A stretch of DNA of 64,000 nucleotides from the NCBI GenBank assembly GCA_963809885.1, contig CAWELA010000003.1, positions 11,111-75,110 on the forward strand, written 5' to 3'. This stretch comes from an uncultured Acidimicrobiia bacterium (GTDB taxonomy: Bacteria > Actinomycetota > Acidimicrobiia > IMCC26256 > PALSA-555). How positions within the stretch are numbered: position 1 is the stretch's first letter; every line of letters begins with the position of its first letter. This document shows, piece by piece, positions 1 through 9,858 of this stretch. The notes under the pieces were generated by a model. It made no database searches, was not told the DNA's origin, and saw only the letters and a list, made by a program, of their open reading frames with translations. Made by a program: the position numbers and the translations under genes.

Positions 1-147
1 ATCTTCAGCGAGGAGTACGACCCCGTCTCCAAGCGGCAGCTCGGGAACACTCCCCAGGCGTTCACCCACCTCGCGTTCGTCAGGACTGCGGCCACCATGT
101 CGAACTTCACGCCTTCGATCGCCGACAGCATCGGCGCGGACGGCTGA
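1..147 (+). CDS. Glycoside hydrolase family 15-like protein, C-terminal end (partial; the 5' part lies outside the window)
   Basis: Frame +1 is open from base 1 to TGA at 145-147. The translation ..SKRQLGNTPQAFTHLAFVRTAA.. resembles the conserved GH15 (glucoamylase/trehalase) C-terminal motif. Confidence 0.55.
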   Translation: MFSEEYDPVSKRQLGNTPQAFTHLAFVRTAATMSNFTPSIADSIGADG

Positions 148-168
148 TCGCGGCGGTGACCGGCCGCG

Positions 169-2513
169 CTACGCGTATCCCTTGACACGCAGCCAGCGCA
201 GCGTGAAGAAGCCGAAGATCGGCGGGAGCAGGAAGGTGATGCCGCGGAACAGCAGCACCGCCGCGAGGGCCGGCACCGCGGGAATCCCGAAACCAGTGAG
301 GAGCGAGGTCAGCGCCGCCTCGGTCACGCCGATGCCCCCGGGCACGGGTGCGGCACCCCCGAGCATCCCGGCCCCGATCTGGACCACCATCAGCTCGGCG
401 AACGGGAGCGACTGCCCGAAGGCGAGGAGGCAGAGCCCGAGGATGGCAGGGTAGAAGAGATTGCCCATCGTGTCGCCGCCGAAGAGCATCAGCGCCTTCT
501 TCGGGTTCCGCAGCACCGCCCAGATGTCACTCGCGGCCCGCTTGACCGCCGGCACGACCTTGTTGCGGATCTTCGGGATCACGAGGACGATCCCGACGAT
601 CGCCGCCACGAGCGCGATGACCAGCAGGCTCGTGCTCCCGCTCGAGCTCCCGAGATCGAAGCGACGTCGACGTGAAGCTCGCCGCGATGAGGAACAGCGC
701 CATCTGCATCGCGCTCCCGACACCGGTGCTGAGGATCATGGCGCTCGCGCCGGAGGCGACCGGCACGCCCTCCTTGTGGAGGTAGTCGAGCTGGAGTGCG
801 GTACCCCCGATCCCGTTCGGCGTGATCAGGTTGAGGAACGTCGCGGCGAGCTGGGTGAGAAACGTGGGCACGAACGGGAGGTCCTTGTTGACCGCGCCCA
901 TCAGCGCGATCGACCAGGAGGCGGTCACGAACGGGTACAGGAGCACAGCGACGACCGCGTAGCCCCAGATCGCGTTCTCGAACTCGGACTGGACCGACGC
1001 GAAGTCGATGTCCTGGAGCCCCGGGATCGCGATCGCCGAGCGCGAAGAGGATGCCGGCGAGCATCCCGATGTTCACCAGGCTCAGGCGCTGGATCTTGAG
1101 CGGCGGGACGTCCTCTGCACCCACCGCGGCGGCGACCTCGTCCGCGGAGTCCCTTGAGCGAGCTTCGCGAAGTGCTTCTGGCCCTTGGTGATGCCCTTCG
1201 GGAGCGCCGCGGGCTGTACGACCGGGATGATGTCGGTGACCCGCTCCTGCCCGAGGCTCTTGACCGCGACCTTGATCGCACGTTCGTTCCCGACGATCAG
1301 CGCCGTGGCGACCAGGACCGCGGCGAGATCACGGTCGAACCAGTACTGCTCCGAGCCGGCGTCCGCCGAGGTGAAGTCGGCCAGCGCGACCTTGCCGTTC
1401 CCCTGCACCACGAGGTGCCGGGCATCGAGGTTCCCGTGGATCACCCCGGCTTCGTGCAGCTGGAGCACGGGCCTCCACGCCGGCTCGGAGCATGGCGTCG
1501 GTGATCTGCTCGGGCTCGATCGCGTCGAGCGATCGGCCTTCCGCGACCGTCGTGACGAGCATCGCCGAGTCGGCCCCGGCGACGCCTGTCTTGAGCAGCC
1601 GCACGGCCGGGACGCCGGCGCGCTCCGCGAGCACCATCGCGAAACCGATGTGCTCGACCTGCTGGGCACGCGTGCCGAGGAGGTTCTCACCCGGCTCCCG
1701 GTACATGATCCAGTGCCAGAGCCGCGCCGCGAACTGCCCGTCGCGCTGATCGCGCCCGAACGCCTGGACGCGGACGTGCTCACCGGACGCGAGGGTCGCG
1801 TCCATCGTGGCGGCCCTCGCGACCTGCTCGTCGGCGTGTCGGACGTCCTTGACGGCGAAGCCGAGCTCTCCGAGTGCGTCGCGGACCTCGTCGATCGACG
1901 GACGTCCACCGGGCGCGCCGAAGATCGCGAGGACGAGCCCTGCCACGGCGATGCCGAGGAAGATGCCTCCGATCGCATCGGCCGGGAACGCGGTGCCCAG
2001 GTACATCACGCTGAGCGCGACGAGCACGACGAGGAGCAGGAGCACGCGACGGACGACGCGCACGACGTAGGGCGCGAGGACCAAGGCCAGCGCGGTGACC
2101 ACGGCGACGTTCACGGACGGATACGTCGGGAGGCTGCCCTCCCGGAGGTGGATGGGGATCCCCTTCACGGCGTGGTCGCCGAGGAGATCGTTCAGGCCGT
2201 TCGCGAGAGCCCAGGCGCCCGCACCCGCGAGCGCCACGCTTGCCGCGACGGCGAGCTTGCGGCGGGCGACGATTGCCGCGGCCACCGTCACGGCGAGGAC
2301 CGCCCAGATCGTCCCGAGCGCGTAGCACCAGCTCGCGACGCCCTCGAGGCTGCCCGAGAGGTCGTTGACGACCTGGAACAAGTTCGCGTTCAGGGGGCTC
2401 TGGGTCTGGGCCCACATCCCGAGGAGCAAGGCGCCGAGTGCCCCGACCACGAGCCGCACGAGGTCGATCGGGCGACGTTCGGGCGGCTCCGCCACCCTGC
2501 GAATCCAAGCCAT
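169..2513 (-). CDS. Multidomain membrane protein: N-terminal polytopic TM region, LPS-kinase/RIO-like kinase domain and C-terminal UPF0104 / LPG-synthase-TM (flippase-like) domain. The frame is broken about 4 times.
   Basis: ATG at 2513 (MAWIRRV..). The conserved sequence can be followed through ORFs 1329.. (TM region and kinase N-lobe), 1082..1978 (LQLHEAGVIHGNLDARHLVV..), 527..946 and 169..723 (..GAGMLGGAAPVPGGIGVTEAAL..). Frame switches lie near 1490, 1130, 1040 and 690. Confidence 0.6.
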
Positions 2514-2652
2514 CGGCGGGCACCGTAATCGCTGAGGCCGCGTCGAGGCGGCGTCGAGGGGCACCCGGGCCCGCGGCGCGGCCGAAGCGAGCGACGAGTC
2601 GCGAAGTAGGGCATGATCACGGCGGTCCAACGGCGACCCAAACGCCGTTCCA

Positions 2653-2686
2653 TCGACGTTCCAACAAGATCGACATTCCAACAAGA
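2653..2686 (+). repeat. Tandem 17-bp direct repeat x2 (TCGAC[G/A]TTCCAACAAGA) directly upstream of the RBS of the 2700 gene
   Basis: Copies at 2653-2669 and 2670-2686 differ at one base. They sit in a locally AT-richer stretch and are followed by AAGGGAGG and ATG 2700. Confidence 0.6.
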
Positions 2687-2699
2687 AAGGGAGGAACAC

Positions 2700-3107
2700 A
2701 TGGCTGGAAGGCCGAGCTACGGCTGGAAGACCTTCGTCGGGATCCTGCTCATGATCGTGGGGTTCTTCAATGTCATCGACGGGCTCGTCGCGCTGACGCG
2801 GTCGTCGGCGATCAAGGGTGTCGCCAACGGGGAGCTCGCGAGCCTGCCGCTGACACAGAACATCAAGACGTGGGGCTGGGTCGTCCTGATTCTCGGGATC
2901 ATCCTGATCCTCGCCGGGTTCGCGATGCTCGGCGGCGCGACCTGGGCCCGAGTGGTCGCGATCCTGGTGGTGAGCGTGAACCTGATCGTCCAGCTGGCGT
3001 ACTTGGACCACAATACGTTCTGGTCGTTCACGATGATCCTGATCGACGTCTTCATCATCTACGGGATCGCCGTGCACTGCGGCAAGGAAGACGAGATGCT
3101 CGTCTAG
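2700..3107 (+). CDS. Small integral membrane protein (DUF7144-like, 4 predicted TM helices)
   Basis: GGGAGG RBS 6 nt before ATG 2700. The sequence MAGRPSYGWKTFVGILLMIVGFFNVIDGLVAL.. has four hydrophobic helices. I prefer an internal start of ORF 2613..3107. Confidence 0.6.
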   Translation: MAGRPSYGWKTFVGILLMIVGFFNVIDGLVALTRSSAIKGVANGELASLPLTQNIKTWGWVVLILGIILILAGFAMLGGATWARVVAILVVSVNLIVQLAYLDHNTFWSFTMILIDVFIIYGIAVHCGKEDEMLV

Positions 3108-3135
3108 CTCGATCCATCCAAGTACCCGACTGCTG

Positions 3136-3170
3136 CCCCCGGACCGCGACCTCGGTCGTCGGTCCGGGGG
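3136..3170 (+). terminator. GC-rich hairpin, putative intrinsic terminator after the 2700..3107 gene
   Basis: CCCCCGGACC (3136-3145) pairs perfectly with GGTCCGGGGG (3161-3170). The 15-nt loop can extend the stem. There is no clear U tract. Confidence 0.45.
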
Positions 3171-3203
3171 TAGCGTCGTCTCGCCGTCTCGTGAGGAGCG
3201 ACC

Positions 3204-4595
3204 GTGGCCCTGCACAAGAAGCTCGTCGACGACCTGAAGCCGCTGCTGCTGAGCCCCATGTACGCGCGCCCGGGTGAGGAGCGCCGCGCGCCGCGGCACA
3301 CGATCCCCGACCTCGAGTCGGACGGCGACACCATCTACCAGTACATCCACGACGAGCTGATGCTCGACGGGAACTCGCGGCTGAACCTCGCGACGTTCGT
3401 GACCACCTGGATGGACTCGCAGGCCAACCGGCTGATGGCCGACACCTTCGACAAGAACATGATCGACAAGGACGAGTACCCGGCCACGGCCGAGCTCGAG
3501 CTGCGCTGCGTGAACATGCTGAGCCGGCTCTGGAACTCGCCCGACGTCGACGAGGCGACGGGGACATCGACGACCGGCTCGAGCGAGGCCGCGATGCTCG
3601 CGGGCATGGCGCTGAAGTGGCGCTGGCGCGATCGTCAGAAGGCCAAGGGCAAGCCCACCGACACCCCCAACATGGTGATGGGTGCGAACGTCCAGGTGTG
3701 CTGGGAGAAGTTCGCCCGGTACTGGGACGTCGAGGCCCGCCTCGCCCCGATGGAGGGCGACAGCTACCACCTCACGCCCGACCAGGCGGTCGCGCTCTGC
3801 GACGAGAACACGATCGGCGTGGTCGCGGTGCTCGGCTCCACGTTCGACGGGAGCTACGAGCCCATCGCCGACATCTGCGCCGCGCTCGACAAGCTGCAGG
3901 CCGACACCGGACTCGACGTCCCGGTGCACGTCGACGGCGCGTCGGGAGGTTTCGTCGCACCGTTCATCGACCCCGATCTGGAGTGGGACTTCCGGTTGCC
4001 GCGGGTGCAGTCCATCAACGCCTCCGGCCACAAATACGGGCTCGTGTACCCCGGCATCGGATGGGCGATCTGGCGCGACCCCGACGCCCTGCCCGACGAC
4101 CTGGTGTTCAACGTGAACTACCTCGGCGGCAACATGCCGACGTTCGGGCTCAACTTCTCGCGTCCGGGCAACCAGGTCGTCGCGCAGTACTACAACTTCC
4201 TCCGGCTGGGCTTCGACGGGTACCGGAAGGTCCAGCAGGAGTGCCGCGACGTCGCCCGCTACACCGCGGATGCCGTGGCCAAGGCCGGACCGTTCGCCCT
4301 GATCACCGACGGGAGCGAGCTGCCGGTGTTCGCGTTCCAGCTCTCGGACACCAGCGTCCCCTACACGGTCTTCGACGTGTCCGAGCGGTTGCGCGACCGC
4401 GGCTGGCTGGTCCCCGCATACACCTTCCCGGAGAACCGCCAGGACGTCGCCGCGCTCCGAATCGTCGTCAAGAACGGCTTCTCCCGCGATCTCGCCGACC
4501 TGCTCGTCGCCGACCTCCAGCGACACGTGGCGTACTTCGAGAAGCTCCCGGCGCCGCTGCCGCCGAGCGAGCACGGCGAGGGGTTCCACCACTGA
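3204..4595 (+). CDS. gadB: Glutamate decarboxylase (PLP-dependent)
   Basis: Intact 463-aa ORF with a GAGGAG RBS. It shows full-length similarity to GAD (..NMIDKDEYPATAELELRCVNML.., PLP-lysine motif SINASGHKYGLVYPG). Confidence 0.9.
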   Translation: MALHKKLVDDLKPLLLSPMYARPGEERRAPRHTIPDLESDGDTIYQYIHDELMLDGNSRLNLATFVTTWMDSQANRLMADTFDKNMIDKDEYPATAELELRCVNMLSRLWNSPDVDEATGTSTTGSSEAAMLAGMALKWRWRDRQKAKGKPTDTPNMVMGANVQVCWEKFARYWDVEARLAPMEGDSYHLTPDQAVALCDENTIGVVAVLGSTFDGSYEPIADICAALDKLQADTGLDVPVHVDGASGGFVAPFIDPDLEWDFRLPRVQSINASGHKYGLVYPGIGWAIWRDPDALPDDLVFNVNYLGGNMPTFGLNFSRPGNQVVAQYYNFLRLGFDGYRKVQQECRDVARYTADAVAKAGPFALITDGSELPVFAFQLSDTSVPYTVFDVSERLRDRGWLVPAYTFPENRQDVAALRIVVKNGFSRDLADLLVADLQRHVAYFEKLPAPLPPSEHGEGFHH

Positions 4596-4598
4596 GCC

Positions 4599-5351
4599 AT
4601 GGCTCCTGATCTCGAGGGGAACGACCCCGACGACGGGACGATCGAGGCCAAGCTGCCGGGGTTCCGCTACGGCGTCGTCCTGCTCCTGCTCTTCGCCACG
4701 TTCGTCGTCGAGGCGTCCGGCTTCGACGGCGCCTGGTACCGGGTCGTGACCGTGGCGCTCCAGGGTGCGACCCTCGTGATGGCATTCGTCGCGTCGGGGG
4801 TCGGACGACGCCTGATGCGCATCGCGACCGTGGTCGCGTTCCTCGCGTTCGGGGGCGCGCTGGTGGCGGCGATCAGCGACGAGCCGTCGACCTCGGCCGT
4901 CTTCGGGATCCTGTCCTTCCTCGTCGTGGTCGCGGCGCCGGTGGTGATCGCACGCGCGATCGCCCGGCGCGGCGTCGTCGACGTCCACACCGTGCTCGGC
5001 GCCCTCTGCATCTACATGATGCTGGGCATGCTGTTCGCCTTCGTGTTCGCCACCATCGGCGCCGTGATCTCGGAGCCGTTCTTCTCGCAGACCGCGCACG
5101 CGACCTCGGCCGACTTCCTCTACTTCAGCTTCGTCACCCTCACCACCACCGGCTACGGGGACTTCACGGCCGCGACCGGACTCGGGCGTGCGGTGTCGGT
5201 TCTCGAAGCGCTGTCGGGGCAGCTCTACCTCGTGGTCATCGTGGCGCTCCTCGTCGGGCGAATGGCGACGAACGGCATGTCGCGTCTGCGCCAACAGCAA
5301 GACGTAGCATCGACGCCGCCGGGCAAGCCTTCGCCGGGTCGGAAGGGCTAG
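4599..5351 (+). CDS. Potassium channel family membrane protein (pore-loop TTGYGD)
   Basis: Carries the K+ selectivity filter signature FSFVTLTTTGYGDF flanked by TM helices. It starts 4 nt after the gadB stop. Confidence 0.75.
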   Translation: MAPDLEGNDPDDGTIEAKLPGFRYGVVLLLLFATFVVEASGFDGAWYRVVTVALQGATLVMAFVASGVGRRLMRIATVVAFLAFGGALVAAISDEPSTSAVFGILSFLVVVAAPVVIARAIARRGVVDVHTVLGALCIYMMLGMLFAFVFATIGAVISEPFFSQTAHATSADFLYFSFVTLTTTGYGDFTAATGLGRAVSVLEALSGQLYLVVIVALLVGRMATNGMSRLRQQQDVASTPPGKPSPGRKG

Positions 5352-5360
5352 GGACTCCTG

Positions 5361-6785
5361 ATGTCGCAGCTCCTGCTCGCAGTGAACCCCGTCCCGTGGG
5401 CGCGGGGCCAGATGGCGTTCACCCTCGCGGCGCACATCATCCTCGTGCCGCTCGGGGTCGCGTGGGCGTTCATGGCGCTGCTCGCCAACTACCGCGCGAT
5501 CAAGCACGACGACGCCGACGCCCTGGAGCTCGCGAAGCGGTGGTCCAAGTACATGGCCGTCACCTTCGCGGTGGGCGCGGTCACCGGCACGGTGCTCACG
5601 TTCGAGTTCGGGCTGCTCTGGCCGAACTTCATGGACCGGTACGGCGCCGCGTTCGGCATCCCGTTCGCCGTCGAGGGGCTGTTCTTCTTCCTCGAGGCGA
5701 TCTTCATCGCGATCTACCTCTACGGCTGGAAGCGGCTGAAGCCGTGGCACCACTTCTGGACCGGGGTGCCGATCGTGATCGCCGGCATCGGCGGCACGGT
5801 GTCGGTCGTCGCCGCCAACGGCTGGATGAACGAGCCCTCCGGCTTCACGCTCGACAGCGCGGGCAAGGTCGTCGAGGTGGCACCGCTCGACGTGATCTTC
5901 AACTCCGCGATGCCGCTCGAAGCGCTCCACATGCTGATCGCCGCCTACCTCGTGGGCGGGTTCCTGATCGCATCGGTGTACGCCGCCGGCATGTTGCGTG
6001 GCCGTCGTGACCGGTACCACAAGCTCGGCTTCACGATCGCGTTCACCGTCGCGGCGATCGCGACGCCGGTGCAGATGCTGGTCGGCGACCAGCTCGCCCG
6101 CTGGGTCTACAACAACGAGCCGACGAAGTTCGCCGCGATCGAGCTCGTCCCCAAGACCGCCAGCGACGTGCCCGAGACCCTGTTCGGCCATCTGAACGAC
6201 GACGGGACGGTGAGCGGGGGGATCGCGATCCCCGGCATGGCGTCGATCCTCTCGAACCCGAGCGACGGGACCTCGACGGTGGTCAAGGGCCTCGACTCGT
6301 TCCCGGAGGGTTCGCGGCCGACCACCCGGCAGGTGAACACGGTGCACCTGGCGTGGGACGTCATGCTCGGGCTCGGGACGCTGCTGTTCCTGCTCTCGGC
6401 CTGGTATGGCGCGGTGTGGCTGCTCAAGCGGCGGATCCCGGAGGGCAAGTGGTTCCTGCGCGTCGCGGCGGTCAGCGGGATCCTCTCCGTGCTCGCGATG
6501 GAGGCGGGCTGGGTCGTCACCGAGGTCGGTCGCCAGCCCTGGATCGTGTTCGGCCAGATGAAGGTGACCGCCGCCGCGACGGGGAACACGGGTGTCTGGG
6601 TGACGTTCCTGGTGATCGCGGCGCTCTACACCGGCGTGGCCGTCACACTCGTGCTCATCCTGCGGGCGATGAGCCGGCGCTTCCGCGCCCAGGGGTCAGC
6701 GGGCGAGGACCACGAGGCGCCGTACGGTCCGCGTCCACCACTGGCTCCGTCGGACCGGGCCCTGGAGGAGGTGGGGAACCGATGA
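5361..6785 (+). CDS. cydA: Cytochrome bd ubiquinol oxidase subunit I
   Basis: Intact 474-aa ORF with typical CydA sequence (..ARGQMAFTLAAHIILVPLGVAW.., GWVVTEVGRQPWIV). Confidence 0.9.
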   Translation: MSQLLLAVNPVPWARGQMAFTLAAHIILVPLGVAWAFMALLANYRAIKHDDADALELAKRWSKYMAVTFAVGAVTGTVLTFEFGLLWPNFMDRYGAAFGIPFAVEGLFFFLEAIFIAIYLYGWKRLKPWHHFWTGVPIVIAGIGGTVSVVAANGWMNEPSGFTLDSAGKVVEVAPLDVIFNSAMPLEALHMLIAAYLVGGFLIASVYAAGMLRGRRDRYHKLGFTIAFTVAAIATPVQMLVGDQLARWVYNNEPTKFAAIELVPKTASDVPETLFGHLNDDGTVSGGIAIPGMASILSNPSDGTSTVVKGLDSFPEGSRPTTRQVNTVHLAWDVMLGLGTLLFLLSAWYGAVWLLKRRIPEGKWFLRVAAVSGILSVLAMEAGWVVTEVGRQPWIVFGQMKVTAAATGNTGVWVTFLVIAALYTGVAVTLVLILRAMSRRFRAQGSAGEDHEAPYGPRPPLAPSDRALEEVGNR

Positions 6786-7796
6786 GCGAGGCGGTCGCCG
6801 TTGTCCTGATGATCGGCATCACCGCCTACGCGTTGTTCGGCGGCGCGGACTTCGGGGCGGGGTTCTGGGACCTCGTCGCCGGTGGGGCCGAACAGGGCGA
6901 GCGCCCGCGCGCGGTGGTCGATCACTCCATCGGACCGGTCTGGGAGGCCAACCACGTGTGGTTGATCTTCATCCTGGTCGTGCTCTGGACCGCGTTCTCG
7001 GAGGCGTTCGGCTCGATCATGCTCACCCTCTTCGTGCCGCTGAGCCTTGCCGCGTTGGGCATCGTGCTGCGCGGCTCGAGCTTCGCGTTCCGCAAGGAGG
7101 TCTCGCGGACCTCGTCGCGTCGGAACTTCGGCGCGGCGTTCGCGAGCTCCTCGGTGCTCGTGCCGTTCTGCATGGGCGCGGTCGCCGGCGCGATCGCGTC
7201 CGGGCGGGTCCCCGCCGGCGGCACGGCCGGCGACACCTGGTCGAGCTGGATCAACCCCACGTCGATCCTCGGTGGCGTGCTCGCGGTCACCGTGTGTGCC
7301 TACCTGGCTGCCGTCTACATGGTCTGGGACGCGAAGCGGTTCGGCGACGACGAGATGGCCGAGTACTTCCGGCTGCGGGCGATCGGTGCTGCCGTCGCCA
7401 CCGGCGTCTTCGCGCTCGCGGGGATCTTGGTGCTCTCCGACGACGCCGAGTACGTGTTCGACGGCCTCACCTCGCGAGCGCTCCCACTCGTGATCCTCTC
7501 CGCGCTCTGCCGGCGTCGGATCCATCGTCCTGCTCGTCCGGGACAACCACCGCTTCGCGCGGTTCCTCGCCGTCGGTGCCGTCGCGTCGGTCGTGATCGC
7601 CTGGGGTGTCGCGCAGTGGCCGTACCTGCTGCCGGAGTCGCTGAAGGTGAGTCAGGCCGCGGCGCCGGACGCCACCCTCACCACGGTGCTCGTCGTCTTC
7701 GTGATCGCCGCGATCGTCATCCTCCCGTCGTTGGGGCTCCTGTACGTGCTCGACCAGAAGGGCATGGTGGAGGTCGAGGAGGCATCGCAGCGGTGA
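6782..7796 (+). CDS. cydB: Cytochrome bd ubiquinol oxidase subunit II (one frameshift near 7505)
   Basis: ATGA overlap with the cydA stop. MSEAVAVVLMIGITAYALFGGADFGAGFWDL.. continues after a +1 shift in ORF 7593..7796 (..IAWGVAQWPYLLP..). Confidence 0.85.
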
Positions 7797-8216
7797 GCCG
7801 TCCGATCGCGCTCGCCCTCGTCGCGGCGCTCGGTGCGGCCGGACTCGTCGCCTGCAGCGGTGACGACGGTCCGACCGCGGAGGAGCGGGCCCAGGCCGCC
7901 GTCTGTCACGACGCCGAGGCGCTCCAGCGGTCTGCTGAGACCTTCGTGGGCGATCTCACGGACGGCAACTTCGGCGACGCCGAGGAGCAGTTCTCGAAGG
8001 TGTCGAGTCGCGCTCGACGCGCTCGTCGCCTCGGCTGGCGAGCTCGTAGGCCAGAAGGAGCAGACGATCCAGCAGCAGCTCACCGAGGTGCAGGACACGC
8101 TCAGCGGGCTCACATCGCTCGAGAGCCTCGCCGACGTCGGCACCGCGCTCGATGACGCCCGCTCCCAGCTCGAGGACCTGGCCTCGACGGTGACCGACAC
8201 GCTCAGCTGCAACTGA
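7793..8216 (+). CDS. Putative lipoprotein (one frameshift near 8000)
   Basis: GTGA overlap with the cydB stop. The signal peptide plus lipobox is VSRPIALALVAALGAAGLVAC-SGDD. The C-terminal part is read in ORF 7833..8216 and is helical and acidic. Confidence 0.5.
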
Positions 8217-8270
8217 CGCGACCTCAGCGCAGTGGTTCGGTCGTCGAGGTGGCGGTGACCCCGGCGCCGG

Positions 8271-9780
8271 TCAGTCCGCGGCGGGGACGGGCTGGGGCGG
8301 CGGCGGGCCGACGTACTGCGCGCTCGGGCGGATCAGCCGGTTGTCGGCGGCCTGTTCGAGGATGTGCGCGGTCCAGCCGATCACCCGGCTCGACGCGAAC
8401 GTCGGCGTGAACATCTCGCGCGGCACCCCGCACGTGTCCATGACGACGCCTGCGTAGAACTCGACGTTCGTGTAGAGCTTCCGGCCGGGCTTGAGCTCGG
8501 CCAGGACGTCGACCGCGGCCTGCTCGACCTGCTTGGCGAGATCGACCTTCGGTCCGCCGAGCCGCTCGGCGACCGAGCGCAGCATGACGGAGCGGGGATC
8601 GTCGGTCTTGTAGACGCGGTGTCCGAACCCCATGAGTCGGTCGCCTCGCTCCACCGCGTCGCGGAGCCAGGCGTCGGCCCGGTCGATGGTGCCGATCGCG
8701 TCGAGCATGTCGAGGGCCCGGCTCGGGAGCGCCGCCGTGCAGTGGGCCCGAGAGCGCGCCGATCGCGCCGACGACGGCCGCGACGAGGTCTGCGCCGGTC
8801 GAGGTGATGACGCGTGCGGTGAACGTGGAGGCGTTGAACCCGTGGTCGATGGTCGAGATGAGGTACTGCTCGACCCCACGCGCGTGCTCGGCGCTCGGGA
8901 CCTCACCGTTCATCATGGAGAGGTAGTTCGCGGCGTACGCGAGGTCGTCGCGAGGCTCGATGATCTCGAGTCCCTGCTGGAGGCGGTGGAGTGCGCAGAG
9001 GAGGGTCGGCACGACGGCGCAGACGCGCAGTCCCTGCGCGCGCAGCTCCTGTTCGTCGAGGTCGAGCGACGGCCGGAAGCCGAGCGACGCGCCGAGCAGC
9101 GACAGCGTCGTGCGGAGGAGGTCGAGCGGCGGCGCCTCCCGCCGCGACTCGTGCGATCTCGGGGAGGGCGGACTGCACCTCGACCGGGACCCTGCGCAGC
9201 GGCGCGACCTCGGCGGCGAAGTCGCGCGCGCTGCACGGCCGACGGCAGCTCGCCGTTGAACAGGAGGTACCAGACGTCCTCGATCGACCGGGTCTCCGCG
9301 AGCTCGACCGCGTCGTACTGGCGGTAGTGGTAGAAGCCCTCGAGCCCGCGGACGTCCCCGATGGTCGTCGTCGGCGACGACGACACCCTCGAGCCCCTTC
9401 GGGATCTCGTGCGCGAGGCTCTCGGCCGGCTGGATCTGCGCGATCCGCATCAGGTCGCGCATCGACACGATGCCGACGAGCTGGCCGTCGTCGACGACCG
9501 GGATGTGGCGGTATCCGTGCTCCGACAGGCTCGCGAACGCCGTCGGTCGCGTCGACGTCGGGAGCGACCGAGTCCGGGTCGGCGGTCATCCAGGCCGAGA
9601 CCGGGTCGGTCGGGGCTGCCGCCGGCGGCGCCCATGCGCACGAGGTCGCGCTCGGTGAGGATGCCGACGGGCCGGTCACCGTCGACGACGACCACCGAAC
9701 CGACGCCCTGGTCGCGCATCCGGTCGGCCGCGGCCACCACGGACTCGGCGAGGCGTGACGGTGACGACCGGCTGGCTCAT
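8271..9780 (-). CDS. CBS-pair domain fused to citrate synthase (at least 5 frameshifts)
   Basis: ATG at 9780 (MSQPVVTV..). CBS motifs include ..GVGSVVVVDGDRPVGILTERDLVRM.. and ..GIVSMRDLMRI. Within one frame (ORF 8224..9468) this runs straight into the citrate synthase N-terminus (..IPKGLEGVVVAD..). The rest follows through ORFs 8913..9386, 8224..9468 and 8271..8906 (..GFGHRVYKTDDPR.., ..VIGWTAHILEQ..). Confidence 0.75.
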
Positions 9781-9858
9781 GATCTCGGCAACCGATCGGC
9801 TCGCCCCGCTCATCGACGCTCACTCTCCACCGCTCCGCGACCTTCCACCGGCGAGATC

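Noticed and set aside
1329-6347. Giant 1672-aa minus-strand ORF. Similar very long ORFs occur at 20852..23554 (+), 37844..39682 (-), 40446..42557 (-), 44762..46996 (+), 8903..10567 (-) and in the first part of 53785..56871 (+).
   Set aside because: Most of their length is Arg/Gly/Asp/Glu/Pro-rich low-complexity translation running antisense to, or out of frame with, genes carrying clear conserved motifs (gadB, cydA, NlpC/P60, ABC transporters). Stop-free shadow frames are expected at about 70% GC. Only the conserved ends were used (e.g. 1329-2513 for the membrane kinase, 55702-56871 for the P450).
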